A DNA stretch of 32,000 bases, taken from assembly GCF_017876815.1 (NCBI RefSeq), contig NZ_JAGIOS010000003.1, positions 450,001 through 482,000 on the forward strand, read 5' to 3'. This DNA is from Sinorhizobium meliloti. GTDB taxonomy: Bacteria > Pseudomonadota > Alphaproteobacteria > Rhizobiales > Rhizobiaceae. The notes beneath the pieces are model-generated. The model was not told where the DNA came from. It was given only the letters and a program-made list of their open reading frames with translations, and ran no database searches. Shown here in pieces: positions 1 to 9,245 of the stretch. The translations under genes and the position numbers were made by a program. Every line of letters begins with the position of its first letter. Position 1 is the first letter of the stretch.

Positions 1-848
1 GGCGGGCGCCCGTCATCGCCTATAGCAGCGGACAGAAAAACGCGACATCGCACCGTGACACCGAAAATCCTCCCATTTCGGCGGACAGCAATTTCATACC
101 GCTCGATGGAGACACGATGGGCCGGAATACGGCCAATGCCGATGAACAGCGGTTCGAGGGGTTGCTGCGGCCGACCAGGCTTGAGGGCTCACGCGCCGGC
201 ACGCTCGGCAACCGGAACTTCATCGTTGCGATGGGAACCTCGATACCCTGTGTCCTGGAAACTGCCATGGCATCTGATCAACCTGGCTTTACAAGCTGCG
301 TGATCAACCGTGACGTCCTCTCGGACAATGGCCGAGTCGTGCTGATGGAGAAAGGCACTCAAGTTCTCGGCGAGTACCGCGGCGGCCTTCAGCGAGGACA
401 GAAGCGCCTCTTCGTGCTCTGGAACCGTGCGAAAACCCCGAATGGCGTCATCGTCACATTGGCCTCGCCGGCAACGGATGCCCTCGGCCGAGCCGGCGTG
501 GATGGCTACGTCGACACTCACTGGTGGGAGCGGTTTGGAAGTGCGCTTCTCCTTTCCATCGTAGGCGACGCCACGAGCTATGCCAGCAGCCGCCTGCAGG
601 ACAGCGACGTCGACGCGCAGAAAACGACGAGCGCAGGCCAGCAGGCGGCGGCGGTCGCTGTCGAGCAATCGATCAACATTCCGCCGACGCTCAACAAACA
701 TCAGGGTGAACTGGTCTCGATCTTCGTGGCGCGCGATCTCGACTTTTCTGGTGTCTACGGATTGCGGGTGACCGGGTCGAAAAACAAGGTCCTCGACCGG
801 GCGGTGCCGGGGGACTTCAGGCCGCAGTCAACGCTCGTGACGAAGTAG
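1..848 (+). CDS. virB10: VirB10/TrbI-family type IV secretion protein, C-terminal part (5' end lies outside the window)
   Basis: The reading frame starting at nt 3 is open from the window edge to TAG 846-848. The translation (..PTRLEGSRAGTLGNRNFIVAMGTSIPCVLETAMASDQPGF..GVDGYVDTHWWERFG..QGELVSIFVARDLDF) looks like the conserved C-terminal domain of VirB10/TrbI. virB11 follows 10 nt downstream. Confidence 0.85.
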   Translation, partial: RAPVIAYSSGQKNATSHRDTENPPISADSNFIPLDGDTMGRNTANADEQRFEGLLRPTRLEGSRAGTLGNRNFIVAMGTSIPCVLETAMASDQPGFTSCVINRDVLSDNGRVVLMEKGTQVLGEYRGGLQRGQKRLFVLWNRAKTPNGVIVTLASPATDALGRAGVDGYVDTHWWERFGSALLLSIVGDATSYASSRLQDSDVDAQKTTSAGQQAAAVAVEQSINIPPTLNKHQGELVSIFVARDLDFSGVYGLRVTGSKNKVLDRAVPGDFRPQSTLVTK

Positions 849-858
849 AGCAAGGCCG

Positions 859-1848
859 ATGACCGAAGGTGCCGACGCAACGGTCGTTCGTGAACTGCTC
901 TCTCCGTTCGCGCCGTTCCTCGGTGACAGGTCGCTCTACGAAGTGATCGTAAACCGGCCCGGGCAAGTGCTGACGGAAGGCGCTGGTGGTTGGCGGACCT
1001 ATGACCTGCCGGAGCTTTCCTTCGAGAAGCTGATGCGCCTTGCCCGGGCAGTTGCCAGTTTTTCCCACCAATCAATTGATGAAACGCGACCGATCCTATC
1101 GGCAACCCTGCCCGGGGACGAACGCATCCAGATCGTCATCCCGCCAGCCACCACCAGGAACACGGTCAGCATCACCATCCGCAAGCCATCGTCGGTCACA
1201 TTCACCCTCAATGATCTGAAAGAGAGAGAGTTTTTCTCAGAGACGCGATCGGCCAACGACGGCGCCTCGACGCGGGACGAGGGCTTGCTGGCGCTTTACC
1301 GTGCCGGCCGCTTCAAGGAATTTTTGCGACAAGCCGTCATTTCACGGAAGAACATCATCATCTCAGGCGCAACCGGTTCGGGCAAGACGACTCTCTCGAA
1401 AGCGCTGATTAAACACATTCCCGAGCATGAGCGGATCATTTCGATCGAGGACACACCCGAACTCATTATTCCGCAGCCCAACCACGTGCGCCTATTCTAT
1501 TCGAACGGTGCCCAGGGACTCTCGGGGGCTGGCCCCAAAGAGCTGCTCGAATCCTGTCTCCGGATGCGGCCGGACCGAATTTTGCTGCAGGAACTGCGCG
1601 ATGGCACGGCATTCTACTACGTTCGCAACGTCAACTCCGGTCACCCCGGATCGATAACTACCGTGCATGCCGATTCTGCCAAACTCGCCTTCCAACAGTT
1701 AACGCTTCTCGTGAAGGAATCGGCAGGGGGACGGAATCTGGACCGTGATGACATCGATAAATTATTGAAGGTATCGATCGACGTAATTGTTCAATGCAAG
1801 CGAATAGATGGGCGATTTCGTGCAACAGAAATCTACGTTCGAGCCTAA
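859..1848 (+). CDS. virB11: VirB11-family type IV secretion ATPase
   Basis: ATG 859 is preceded by AAGG. The product is 329 aa with Walker A GATGSGKTT, RPDRILLQELRD (Walker B / Asp box) and GHPGSITTVHA (His box). Stop is TAA 1846-1848. Confidence 0.9.
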   Translation: MTEGADATVVRELLSPFAPFLGDRSLYEVIVNRPGQVLTEGAGGWRTYDLPELSFEKLMRLARAVASFSHQSIDETRPILSATLPGDERIQIVIPPATTRNTVSITIRKPSSVTFTLNDLKEREFFSETRSANDGASTRDEGLLALYRAGRFKEFLRQAVISRKNIIISGATGSGKTTLSKALIKHIPEHERIISIEDTPELIIPQPNHVRLFYSNGAQGLSGAGPKELLESCLRMRPDRILLQELRDGTAFYYVRNVNSGHPGSITTVHADSAKLAFQQLTLLVKESAGGRNLDRDDIDKLLKVSIDVIVQCKRIDGRFRATEIYVRA

Positions 1849-2058
1849 ACTTGTAGGCCCGCGGTTCGAATTGAGTCTGATGCGTTTCTTCATGCGCTAC
1901 GCACGGCGCAGATTCTCAATGTTCTTTCGGCAACCGATGGAGGGCGCTCACCGCCTATGGATGTTCTTACTTTCTCTGCATCGGGAGCCAGTGCGAGGAT
2001 TTTCGGGGCAGCGCCGTATCAGGCGAACTCAGGCGTGTTGACGCATAACGATCGCAGA

Positions 2059-2096
2059 CTCAAGGCTGCGCGCATGATCATCAACGCAGCCTTGAG
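2059..2096. terminator. Perfect 12-bp-stem hairpin between convergent virB11 and the MFS gene (possible bidirectional terminator)
   Basis: CTCAAGGCTGCG (2059-2070) and CGCAGCCTTGAG (2085-2096) are exact reverse complements separated by a 14-nt loop. There is no clear U-tract on either strand, so terminator function is uncertain. Confidence 0.25.
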
Positions 2097-2158
2097 AAAT
2101 CGCTCCCCAACGGCATCAACAGCCGCAGATCGGCGATTGGAGGCGACCCTAAATTCGT

Positions 2159-3385
2159 TCAATGCTGCAAGCTTCTTTCCTGACCGTGTTTCTCGGTCAG
2201 GAAGATGGCGACCGCTGTGGCGGGCAGCGCGAAGCCGATCATGGACGCGAACCACCATCCACCAGAGGCAAAAGCCCAGGCACCCAAGGCAGAGCCAATG
2301 GCGCCGCCAGTGAAGAAGATAGCCATGAACAGGCCGTTGAGCCGGCTGCGCAAATCGGGGCCGAGTTCGTAAATCGAGCGCTGCCCGGTCACCAACGTCA
2401 TGGTTACGCCGAAGTCGAGCAGGATGGCAGCAAGCGTCAGAAGCGTGAGCGCAATGGTTGAACCTTCAGAAGCGATTTGTGTCATCAGAAAAGCGACACC
2501 GACACTGAGAAGGCCGAATGCCGTCGCCGGCCGAACCAACCCCTTGTCCGCGAGGCGTCCCGCGATGGGGGAAGCAATGGCGCCCGCAACACCGGCGAGG
2601 GCGAAAAGCGCAATGCCGTTGTGACCCAGCCCAAAGCGAGGGCCTGCAAGATAGAGCGGCGTGACGGTCCAGAAGAGGCTGAATGCGGCGAACTGACAGG
2701 CCTGATATGCGGCGCGGCGCTGCAGGACCGGCTGCGTCGCGAGAAGCTGGGCCATCGACTTGAGCAGCTGGCCGTAACTCAGCCGGGCCGTCGGCATGCG
2801 CGTCGGCAGTTGGACCCATAGCAGGGTTCCAAGCCCGACCATGACGATAGCGGAAATATAAAAGACGGCATGCCAGGAGCTGAGGCCGGCGATCAGTCCG
2901 GAAATCGGCCGCGCCATCATGATGCCGACCATCAACCCGCTCATGATATTGCCGACGACGCGGCCCCGAGCCGCATCCGGAGCAAGGTTGGCAGCGAAGG
3001 GAACGATCATCTGGACTGCAACCGAGCCTACCCCGATGGCAAGCGAAGCGGTGAGGAAGGGCCCGGGCGTGGTTGAGAGGCCGGCCGCGATCAGGGCGAG
3101 AGTAACCAGGCCGATCATGGTCACGATCAGCCGACGATTTTCCACGAGGTCACCTAGCGGCACGAGCAGCAGCAGCCCAAGGCCATAGCCGATCTGCGTC
3201 AGGGTAACGATCAGGCCGGTTGCCTCTGCCGGCAGGCCGATGTCGACTGCAATCGGCCCGGCGAGTGGCTGGGTATAGTAGAGGTTGGCGGCAATCAGGC
3301 CGCAGGCGGCGGCCATCAGAAATGTCATGCCGGCAGAGAGTCCGGGCGGGTGCTGAGTCTGGGCGGTGGAAGCGGGAGTTGTCAT
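2159..3385 (-). CDS. Major facilitator superfamily (MFS) transporter
   Basis: 408-aa ORF that is hydrophobic throughout, with about 12 predicted TM segments and the loop motif GDLVENRR between TM2 and TM3. AAGGAA precedes ATG 3385. It lies 36 nt downstream of the tetR-family gene on the same strand. Confidence 0.85.
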   Translation of the reverse strand: MTTPASTAQTQHPPGLSAGMTFLMAAACGLIAANLYYTQPLAGPIAVDIGLPAEATGLIVTLTQIGYGLGLLLLVPLGDLVENRRLIVTMIGLVTLALIAAGLSTTPGPFLTASLAIGVGSVAVQMIVPFAANLAPDAARGRVVGNIMSGLMVGIMMARPISGLIAGLSSWHAVFYISAIVMVGLGTLLWVQLPTRMPTARLSYGQLLKSMAQLLATQPVLQRRAAYQACQFAAFSLFWTVTPLYLAGPRFGLGHNGIALFALAGVAGAIASPIAGRLADKGLVRPATAFGLLSVGVAFLMTQIASEGSTIALTLLTLAAILLDFGVTMTLVTGQRSIYELGPDLRSRLNGLFMAIFFTGGAIGSALGAWAFASGGWWFASMIGFALPATAVAIFLTEKHGQERSLQH

Positions 3386-3421
3386 TAAAATTCCTTGGGA
3401 GAAAGAAGGCGGGCGGTTTAT

Positions 3422-4033
3422 TCAGTCGAGAATGCGCAACACGGCTTCGGCGGAAGGGAGCATCTGGTTCTCCAGCTCTCCGGTTTTGCCGGCGATGCGG
3501 ACTCCCTGAAGATAGGAAAACAGCGCAAGCGCGGTCGCCGCAGGATCGACGTCCTGGCGGATTGAGCCGTCCAACTGGCCATCCCGGATGAAACCCTCGA
3601 GCCGGGCGACGAGTTTGCGATTGTGTCTGCCGACCATGTCGGCGATCTCCGCGTCGGACAGAACCAGTTCCACGGCGGCGCCAATGGCCAGGCATCCGCG
3701 CCTACCGGTCTCGCCACAGGCGGACATGGCATAGAAACCTACGACGCGGGCAATCTTTTCGCGACCGGTGGAGGCTGAAAACAGCGCCTGATCCAGAAGA
3801 TCGGCCCGGATCTGTTTATAGCGGTCGTAGGCCGCGACGAAGACGTCACGCTTGTCACGAAACGCCTTGTATATGCTGCCGGCGGTCAGTCCCATTTCCG
3901 TTTTCAGTTCGGCGATGGAGGTCCCGTGATAGCCCTTCTCCGAGAATATGCGGATCGCCGCATCCAGAGCCTGGTTCATGTCGAATTCGCGCGGCCGCCC
4001 GACGCGGCGATTAGAGGTGCTTCCGAAGTTCAT
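3422..4033 (-). CDS. TetR/AcrR-family transcriptional regulator
   Basis: 203 aa with an N-terminal TetR HTH signature (AAIRIFSEKGYHGTSIAELKTEMGLTAGSIYKAFRDKRDVF). A 36-bp palindrome lies immediately upstream of its start codon. Confidence 0.9.
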   Translation of the reverse strand: MNFGSTSNRRVGRPREFDMNQALDAAIRIFSEKGYHGTSIAELKTEMGLTAGSIYKAFRDKRDVFVAAYDRYKQIRADLLDQALFSASTGREKIARVVGFYAMSACGETGRRGCLAIGAAVELVLSDAEIADMVGRHNRKLVARLEGFIRDGQLDGSIRQDVDPAATALALFSYLQGVRIAGKTGELENQMLPSAEAVLRILD

Positions 4034-4037
4034 CTGA

Positions 4038-4073
4038 CAACCTAATAGGAAATGATCATTTCCTATTAGGTTG
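4038..4073. promoter_or_regulatory. 36-bp perfect palindrome, candidate operator of the tetR-MFS operon
   Basis: CAACCTAATAGGAAATGA|TCATTTCCTATTAGGTTG. All 18 positions pair perfectly (checked base by base). It ends 5 nt from the tetR ATG (4033-4031, minus strand) and therefore covers the ribosome-binding region. Confidence 0.6.
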
Positions 4074-4210
4074 CGGAATTGATTTCGTCAAGCCATTCGC
4101 TCATCGGCATCGCAGCTGATGGCACCAAGTTGCAGCACCAAGCGCTCGACCTGCGGAAATATTCCTCATTGCCTCTGCAGGTATCTTAAGGCTGGCCCAT
4201 CGTTGCGTTG

Positions 4211-4224
4211 TTGACCTTGATCAA
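4211..4224. promoter_or_regulatory. FixK/FNR-type box TTGACCTTGATCAA
   Basis: Exact TTGA-N6-TCAA dyad in the tetR / napE intergenic region. It lies about 340 nt upstream of the napE ATG and about 180 nt upstream of the tetR ATG. Confidence 0.55.
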
Positions 4225-4434
4225 ATGGATTTGTGCCCCGCTGTGTAGCCCAAGACATCGCCTAAAGAGTCACCTTTGTACCGACCAACAACGGCTATCT
4301 CGACGCAGCTCTCGCCGCGGCCAACAGTAAACGAGGCCAGGTAAACAGTAGGCCAATCCATACACCGGGCCTCAATGCCTACCTACGCGCTTGTATTAGA
4401 ATTAGATAATGGTTATCGCCCCGTTCCCAAGTAA

Positions 4435-4448
4435 TTGACAAACAACAA
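4435..4448. promoter_or_regulatory. Degenerate FixK-like box TTGACAAACAACAA
   Basis: The left half-site is perfect and the right half-site is AACAA instead of ATCAA. The centre is about 118 nt upstream of the napE ATG, a more usual distance for a nap promoter than the 4211 box. Confidence 0.3.
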
Positions 4449-4559
4449 TTTCCCTTGGAGCATTGTAAACTGCGATACACGAATTATCTGGGATCTCCCT
4501 TTATTTTTATCTGCTAGGTACTAAACTTCTCTCAGGCGTATGCGGAGAGGAGACGCTAA

Positions 4560-4745
4560 ATGCCCGATGCTGATCAGCGAACCGCGAGCCTACCACGATC
4601 GCAGCGGCGAAACGAATTCACCACCTTCCTCGTCCTGGCCTTCGGCATCTGGCCAATCGTCGCCGTGGGCGTCGTGGGTGCTTACGGCTTTCTTGTCTGG
4701 ATGTTCCAGATCATCTTCGGCCCACCCGGCCCTCCGGCGCACTAA
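4560..4745 (+). CDS. napE: Periplasmic nitrate reductase small membrane subunit NapE
   Basis: 61 aa with a single TM helix (FTTFLVLAFGIWPIVAVGVVGAYGFLVWMF). GGAGAGGAG sits 8 nt upstream of ATG 4560. It is the first gene of the nap cluster. Confidence 0.85.
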   Translation: MPDADQRTASLPRSQRRNEFTTFLVLAFGIWPIVAVGVVGAYGFLVWMFQIIFGPPGPPAH

Positions 4746-5245
4746 TGAGCAAGCCGGTCCACCTATCGAGGCGAAATTTTCTCCGCGGTTGTTATAAGCG
4801 GGGGAGTGGGCGTGTCTCTCCGCCGGGAGCAACCCCGGAAGGCCTCGAGGCCTGCACCGGCTGCGGACGGTGCGTCGACGCCTGTCCGACGCAAATTATC
4901 CGGCTGATCAAGGATCGCCCGGCGCTCGATTTCTCCGTCGCCGAGTGCACCTTCTGCGGCCAATGCGCGGAACTCTGTCCCGAGCCGGTCTTCGCCGGCC
5001 GGCCACAACAATTTCCACACATCGCGATGATCGGCGAGAGCTGTCTTGCCAGGAATCGCACCGATTGCCAGGCCTGTCGCGACGCCTGTCCGACGGAGGC
5101 GATCCGCTTCCGTCCGCGTGCCGGCGGGCCCTTCTTGCCCGAGCTTGACGAAGAGGCCTGCACCGGCTGCGGCGCCTGCCTTTCCGTCTGTCCAGTGGCA
5201 GCGATAGGCATTCGCGAGGTCGAGTGGGAGCGCGCCCATGTCTGA
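4745..5245 (+). CDS. napF: Ferredoxin-type protein NapF (multiple 4Fe-4S motifs)
   Basis: 166 aa with an N-terminal RRNFLRG twin-arginine-like motif and four Cys clusters (CTGCGRCVDACP, CTFCGQCAELCP, CQACRDACP, CTGCGACLSVCP). The start overlaps the napE stop (TAATG). Confidence 0.9.
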   Translation: MSKPVHLSRRNFLRGCYKRGSGRVSPPGATPEGLEACTGCGRCVDACPTQIIRLIKDRPALDFSVAECTFCGQCAELCPEPVFAGRPQQFPHIAMIGESCLARNRTDCQACRDACPTEAIRFRPRAGGPFLPELDEEACTGCGACLSVCPVAAIGIREVEWERAHV

Positions 5246-5525
5246 TCGGAGCGCGTCCTATCATATCTCCAGCGCCGTCATCGTGACGATGCCGCATATG
5301 CGGGAGCGTGTCGTCGCTGAACTTGCCGAGATGCCGAACGTCGAGATCTACGCCCATGAGGCGGGAAAGATCGTCGTCGTGATCGAGGGCACGAGCACCG
5401 GGATGCTCGGTGAAAGTCTTTCGCGTATCGCGGTGCTCGAGGGCGTGGTGGCAGCCAACATGGTGTTTGAGCATGTCGAAACTCAAGGAGAGATCGGCCA
5501 TGACCGGCGAACTGACGCGGCGTGA
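5238..5525 (+). CDS. napD: NapD, NapA-specific Tat chaperone
   Basis: 95 aa with the typical NapD core ([40 protein letters not shown]). It overlaps the napF stop by 8 nt (ATGTCTGA) and its position is between napF and napA. Confidence 0.85.
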   Translation: MSDRSASYHISSAVIVTMPHMRERVVAELAEMPNVEIYAHEAGKIVVVIEGTSTGMLGESLSRIAVLEGVVAANMVFEHVETQGEIGHDRRTDAA

Positions 5526-8004
5526 AATGTTGAAGGCGCATGCGGCCGGCATCGCCGCTGCGACGGCGGGGATCGCGCTTCCGGCGGCGGCCCAGCCCGT
5601 GCCGGGCGGCGTCGAAGCGCTTCAGATAAAGTGGTCCAAGGCGCCCTGCCGGTTCTGCGGTACCGGCTGCGGCGTCATGGTCGGCGTAAAGGAGGGACAG
5701 GTCGTCGCCACCCATGGCGACATGCAGGCCGAGGTCAACCGCGGCCTCAACTGCATCAAGGGCTACTTCCTGTCGAAGATCATGTACGGCGCCGACCGGC
5801 TAAAGACGCCGCTTCTGCGCAAGCGCAACGGCGCCTTTGCCAAGGACGGCGAGTTCGAGCCGGTGAGCTGGGACGAGGCTTTCGGCGTCATGGCCGAGCA
5901 GGCGAAGCGGGTGCTGAAGGAGAAGGGGCCGGCAGCCGTCGGCATGTTTGGCTCGGGACAGTGGACCATTTTCGAGGGCTACGCGGCCACGAAGCTGATG
6001 CGCGCCGGGTTCCGCTCCAATAATCTCGATCCCAATGCCCGCCACTGCATGGCCTCGGCCGCCTACGCCTTCATGCGCACGTTTGGCATGGACGAGCCGA
6101 TGGGATGTTACGACGACTTCGAACACGCGGACGCCTTCGTGCTCTGGGGCTCGAACATGGCGGAAATGCACCCGATCCTGTGGACGCGTCTCGCCGACCG
6201 TCGGCTCGGCCACGAGCATGTGAAGGTGGCGGTGCTCTCGACCTTCACCCACCGCAGCATGGATCTGGCCGACATCCCGATCGTCTTCAAACCGGGCACC
6301 GATCTGGCGATCCTGAACTACATCGCCAACCACATCATCCAGACCGGCAGAGTGAATGAGGATTTCGTCAGGAAGCATACGACGTTCATGCTCGGCGCGA
6401 CCGACATTGGCTATGGCCTGAGGCCCGACAATCCGCTCGAGGTCAAGGCCGTGAACGCCAAGGATGCGGCTAAAATGACGCCGAGCGACTTCGAGAGCTT
6501 CAAGACTTTCGTGTCGGAATACACGCTCGACAAGGTGGTCGAACTCACCGGGGTCGAGGCCGGATTCCTCGAACAACTGGCCGACCTTTATGCCGATCCC
6601 AAGCGCAAGGTCATGTCGCTCTGGACCATGGGGTTCAACCAGCATGTGCGCGGCGTCTGGGTCAACCAGATGGTGTACAACCTGCATCTCCTGACCGGGA
6701 AGATCTCCGAGCCGGGCAACAGCCCGTTCTCGCTGACCGGTCAACCCTCGGCCTGCGGGACGGCGCGCGAGGTCGGCACCTTCGCCCACCGGCTGCCAGC
6801 CGACATGACCGTGACCAATCCGGAGCACCGCAAGCATGCCGAGGAGATCTGGCGCATTCCCCACGGCATCATTCCGGAGAAACCCGGATACCATGCGGTT
6901 GAGCAGGACCGGATGCTGAAAGACGGCAAGCTCAATTTCTATTGGGTGCAGGTCAACAACAACGTCCAGGCGGCTCCCAATACGCAGAACGAGACCTATC
7001 AGGGCTATCGTAATCCGGACAATTTTATCGTCGTGTCCGACGTCTATCCGACGATCACCGCTATGAGCGCGGACCTGATCCTTCCGGCCGCCATGTGGGT
7101 GGAGAAGGAAGGCGCCTATGGCAATGCGGAGCGGCGCACCCATGTCTGGCACCAGCTCGTCGATGCGCCCGGCGAGGCCCGTTCCGATCTCTGGCAGATG
7201 GTGGAGTTTTCCAAGCGCTTCACCACCGACGAGGTGTGGCCGACCGACATCCTCGACGCCAGTCCCGGCTATCGGGGCAAGACCCTCTACGACGTGCTCT
7301 TCAAGAACGGCAACGTCGACCGCTTCCCGGCAAGCGAGATCAGCAGGGAATACGCCAACCGCGAGGCCGAGGCTTTCGGCTTCTACATCCAGAAGGGCCT
7401 GTTCGAGGAATATGCCTCCTTCGGGCGCGGTCACGGGCATGACCTCGCCCCCTATGACCGCTACCACGAGGAGCGGGGGCTCCGCTGGCCTGTCGTCGAC
7501 GGCAAGGAGACGCTCTGGCGCTACCGGGAAGGCTACGATCCCTACGTGAAGCCGGGGGAGGGCGTGAAGTTCTATGGTCGTCCGGACGGCAAGGCGGTGA
7601 TCCTCGCCGTTCCCTACGAGCCGCCGGCGGAATCTCCCGACGACGAATACAACGTTTGGCTGGTGACGGGCCGCGTCCTCGAGCACTGGCATTCCGGCTC
7701 GATGACGATGCGGGTGCCGGAACTCTACAAGGCGTTCCCCGGTGCAGTCTGCTTCATGAATGCGGGCGACGCACGCGATCGCGGTATCAACCAGGGGGCC
7801 GAGGTCAGGATCGTTTCCCGCCGCGGCGAGATTCGCGCGCGCGTCGAGACGCGCGGCCGCAACCGCATGCCGCCGGGCGTCATCTTCGTACCCTGGTTCG
7901 ACGCCAGCAGGCTGATCAACAAGGTGACACTCGACGCAACCGATCCCATCTCCAAACAGACGGATTTCAAAAAATGCGCGGTCAAAATCGTCTCTGTCGC
8001 ATGA
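5500..8004 (+). CDS. napA: Periplasmic nitrate reductase catalytic subunit NapA (Mo-bisMGD, 4Fe-4S)
   Basis: ATG 5500 is preceded by AAGGAGAG. It has a Tat signal ([24 protein letters not shown]) and an N-terminal 4Fe-4S motif (CRFCGTGCG), and is 834 aa. The upstream part of the computed ORF (from 5410) lacks a signal peptide and overlaps napD. Confidence 0.95.
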   Translation: MTGELTRREMLKAHAAGIAAATAGIALPAAAQPVPGGVEALQIKWSKAPCRFCGTGCGVMVGVKEGQVVATHGDMQAEVNRGLNCIKGYFLSKIMYGADRLKTPLLRKRNGAFAKDGEFEPVSWDEAFGVMAEQAKRVLKEKGPAAVGMFGSGQWTIFEGYAATKLMRAGFRSNNLDPNARHCMASAAYAFMRTFGMDEPMGCYDDFEHADAFVLWGSNMAEMHPILWTRLADRRLGHEHVKVAVLSTFTHRSMDLADIPIVFKPGTDLAILNYIANHIIQTGRVNEDFVRKHTTFMLGATDIGYGLRPDNPLEVKAVNAKDAAKMTPSDFESFKTFVSEYTLDKVVELTGVEAGFLEQLADLYADPKRKVMSLWTMGFNQHVRGVWVNQMVYNLHLLTGKISEPGNSPFSLTGQPSACGTAREVGTFAHRLPADMTVTNPEHRKHAEEIWRIPHGIIPEKPGYHAVEQDRMLKDGKLNFYWVQVNNNVQAAPNTQNETYQGYRNPDNFIVVSDVYPTITAMSADLILPAAMWVEKEGAYGNAERRTHVWHQLVDAPGEARSDLWQMVEFSKRFTTDEVWPTDILDASPGYRGKTLYDVLFKNGNVDRFPASEISREYANREAEAFGFYIQKGLFEEYASFGRGHGHDLAPYDRYHEERGLRWPVVDGKETLWRYREGYDPYVKPGEGVKFYGRPDGKAVILAVPYEPPAESPDDEYNVWLVTGRVLEHWHSGSMTMRVPELYKAFPGAVCFMNAGDARDRGINQGAEVRIVSRRGEIRARVETRGRNRMPPGVIFVPWFDASRLINKVTLDATDPISKQTDFKKCAVKIVSVA

Positions 8005-8477
8005 TGAGAAGCCCTGGATCGATACTGGGGGCGCCGTTGGCCATCCTGGTCGTCGCAACGGGAGCAATCGCGCAAATGGCTGACAAACGGGTGCCGGAGC
8101 TTTCCGGCCCGCCGCAGGAAATGGGCGAAGTAGAGGCGCACCCGATCCCGAAGTGGGTTGTTGACGACGTCCGCAAGGAGCGCGCCTATCCCGACCAGCC
8201 CCCAGTCATCCCGCATTCGATCGAGGGCTACCAACTTTCGGTCAACACCAACCGATGCCTTTCCTGCCACAAGCGCGAACTCACACAGGAGTCCGGCGCG
8301 CCGATGATCAGCGTCACCCATTACATGACGCGGGAGGGGCAGATGCTCGCCGACGTTTCGCCGCGGCGCTATTTCTGCACAGCCTGCCACGTGCCGCAGG
8401 CGGACGTGCGACCGCTCGTCGGCAACACCTTCCGGGACATGAGCGAGATGGGCGTCAGCCAGGCGGGGAGCGAGTAG
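8001..8477 (+). CDS. napB: Dihaem cytochrome c NapB
   Basis: ATG 8001 overlaps the napA TGA (ATGA). It has a signal peptide ([24 protein letters not shown]) and two CxxCH motifs (CLSCH, CTACH). Confidence 0.9.
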   Translation: MMRSPGSILGAPLAILVVATGAIAQMADKRVPELSGPPQEMGEVEAHPIPKWVVDDVRKERAYPDQPPVIPHSIEGYQLSVNTNRCLSCHKRELTQESGAPMISVTHYMTREGQMLADVSPRRYFCTACHVPQADVRPLVGNTFRDMSEMGVSQAGSE

Positions 8478-8480
8478 GCC

Positions 8481-9182
8481 ATGGCTCGGATAAAGCGCCT
8501 CCTACTCTGGGTGTGGAAGATCCTGACTACGCCGGCCGCAACGCTCAGCCTCGCCTTTTTGACACTCGGCGGCTTCGTCGGGGGCGTGATCTTCTGGGGC
8601 GCTTTCAACACCGCCTTGGAGCTCACCAACACCGAGGAGTTTTGCGTCTCCTGTCATGAGATGCGGGCCAACGTATATGAGGAGCTTACGCGCACGGTTC
8701 ATTTCTCCAACCGCTCGGGCGTCCGGGCGTCCTGTCCCGACTGCCACGTGCCGCATGAGTGGACGGACAAGATCGCCCGCAAGATGCAGGCCTCAAAGGA
8801 AGTGTGGGGAAAGATCTTCGGGACCATCAACACGCGCGAGAAGTTCCTCGACCACCGCCTGGAACTCGCCAAGCACGAATGGGCGCGGCTCAAGGCCAAC
8901 GACAGCCTCGAGTGCCGCAACTGTCACTCCTCAGCGGCGATGGACCTTTCCAAGCAGACGCAGCGTGCAGCAGAAATCCATACGCGCTACCTGCTGCCGG
9001 GCAGGGCGACCTGCATCGATTGCCATAAGGGCATTGCCCACGAACTGCCGAACATGCAGGGGGTTGAGCCCGGCTGGAAGCTGCCGCCCGAACTCGAAGG
9101 AGAGACGCTGCCTTCTGCTTCCGCGATTGACGAGCTGAAGCGGGTCATGGACGAGGCTCACAGCGCCGCGCTCGCGAATTAG
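8481..9182 (+). CDS. napC: Tetrahaem membrane cytochrome c NapC (NapC/NirT family)
   Basis: 233 aa with an N-terminal TM anchor and four CxxCH motifs (CVSCH, CPDCH, CRNCH, CIDCH). Confidence 0.95.
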   Translation: MARIKRLLLWVWKILTTPAATLSLAFLTLGGFVGGVIFWGAFNTALELTNTEEFCVSCHEMRANVYEELTRTVHFSNRSGVRASCPDCHVPHEWTDKIARKMQASKEVWGKIFGTINTREKFLDHRLELAKHEWARLKANDSLECRNCHSSAAMDLSKQTQRAAEIHTRYLLPGRATCIDCHKGIAHELPNMQGVEPGWKLPPELEGETLPSASAIDELKRVMDEAHSAALAN

Positions 9183-9245
9183 GACCGCTTGCCCCGAGGC
9201 ATTTAGCGGCGCTTCTGAAGCCTCCCAGCACGGGGAGAAGAAAGG

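Noticed and set aside
1849-2158. Possible extra gene downstream of virB11 (ORFs 1808-2041 plus, 1957-2313 plus, 2019-2258 minus)
   Set aside because: All are short, overlap each other or the MFS 3' end, lack SDs, and have Arg-rich, non-protein-like composition. The region is better explained as a convergent intergenic spacer containing the hairpin.
4079-4091. TTGATTTCGTCAA next to the tetR palindrome as a FixK box
   Set aside because: The spacing is TTGA-N5-TCAA, one base short of the functional N6 dyad.
4540-4797. 85-aa ORF overlapping napE in another frame
   Set aside because: The napE frame has the SD (GGAGAGGAG) at the correct spacing and encodes the expected single-TM NapE. The alternative frame has no recognisable features.
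5815-5828. CTGCGCAAGCGCAA, nearly identical to the NnrR-type box at 26826
   Set aside because: It lies inside the napA coding sequence (codons for LLRKRN), has a mismatch in the left half-site, and has no downstream gene start.
7656-8000. Upstream extension of the napB reading frame inside napA
   Set aside because: It has no signal peptide at that N-terminus. ATG 8001 forms an ATGA overlap with the napA stop and is immediately followed by a signal peptide.
5800-8067. 755-aa ORF on the minus strand, antisense to napA
   Set aside because: It lies entirely within and opposite to a gene with unmistakable NapA homology. The translation is Arg/Ala/Gly/His-rich and low in complexity, with no recognisable motifs. 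Long antisense ORFs are a normal artefact of high-GC coding DNA.
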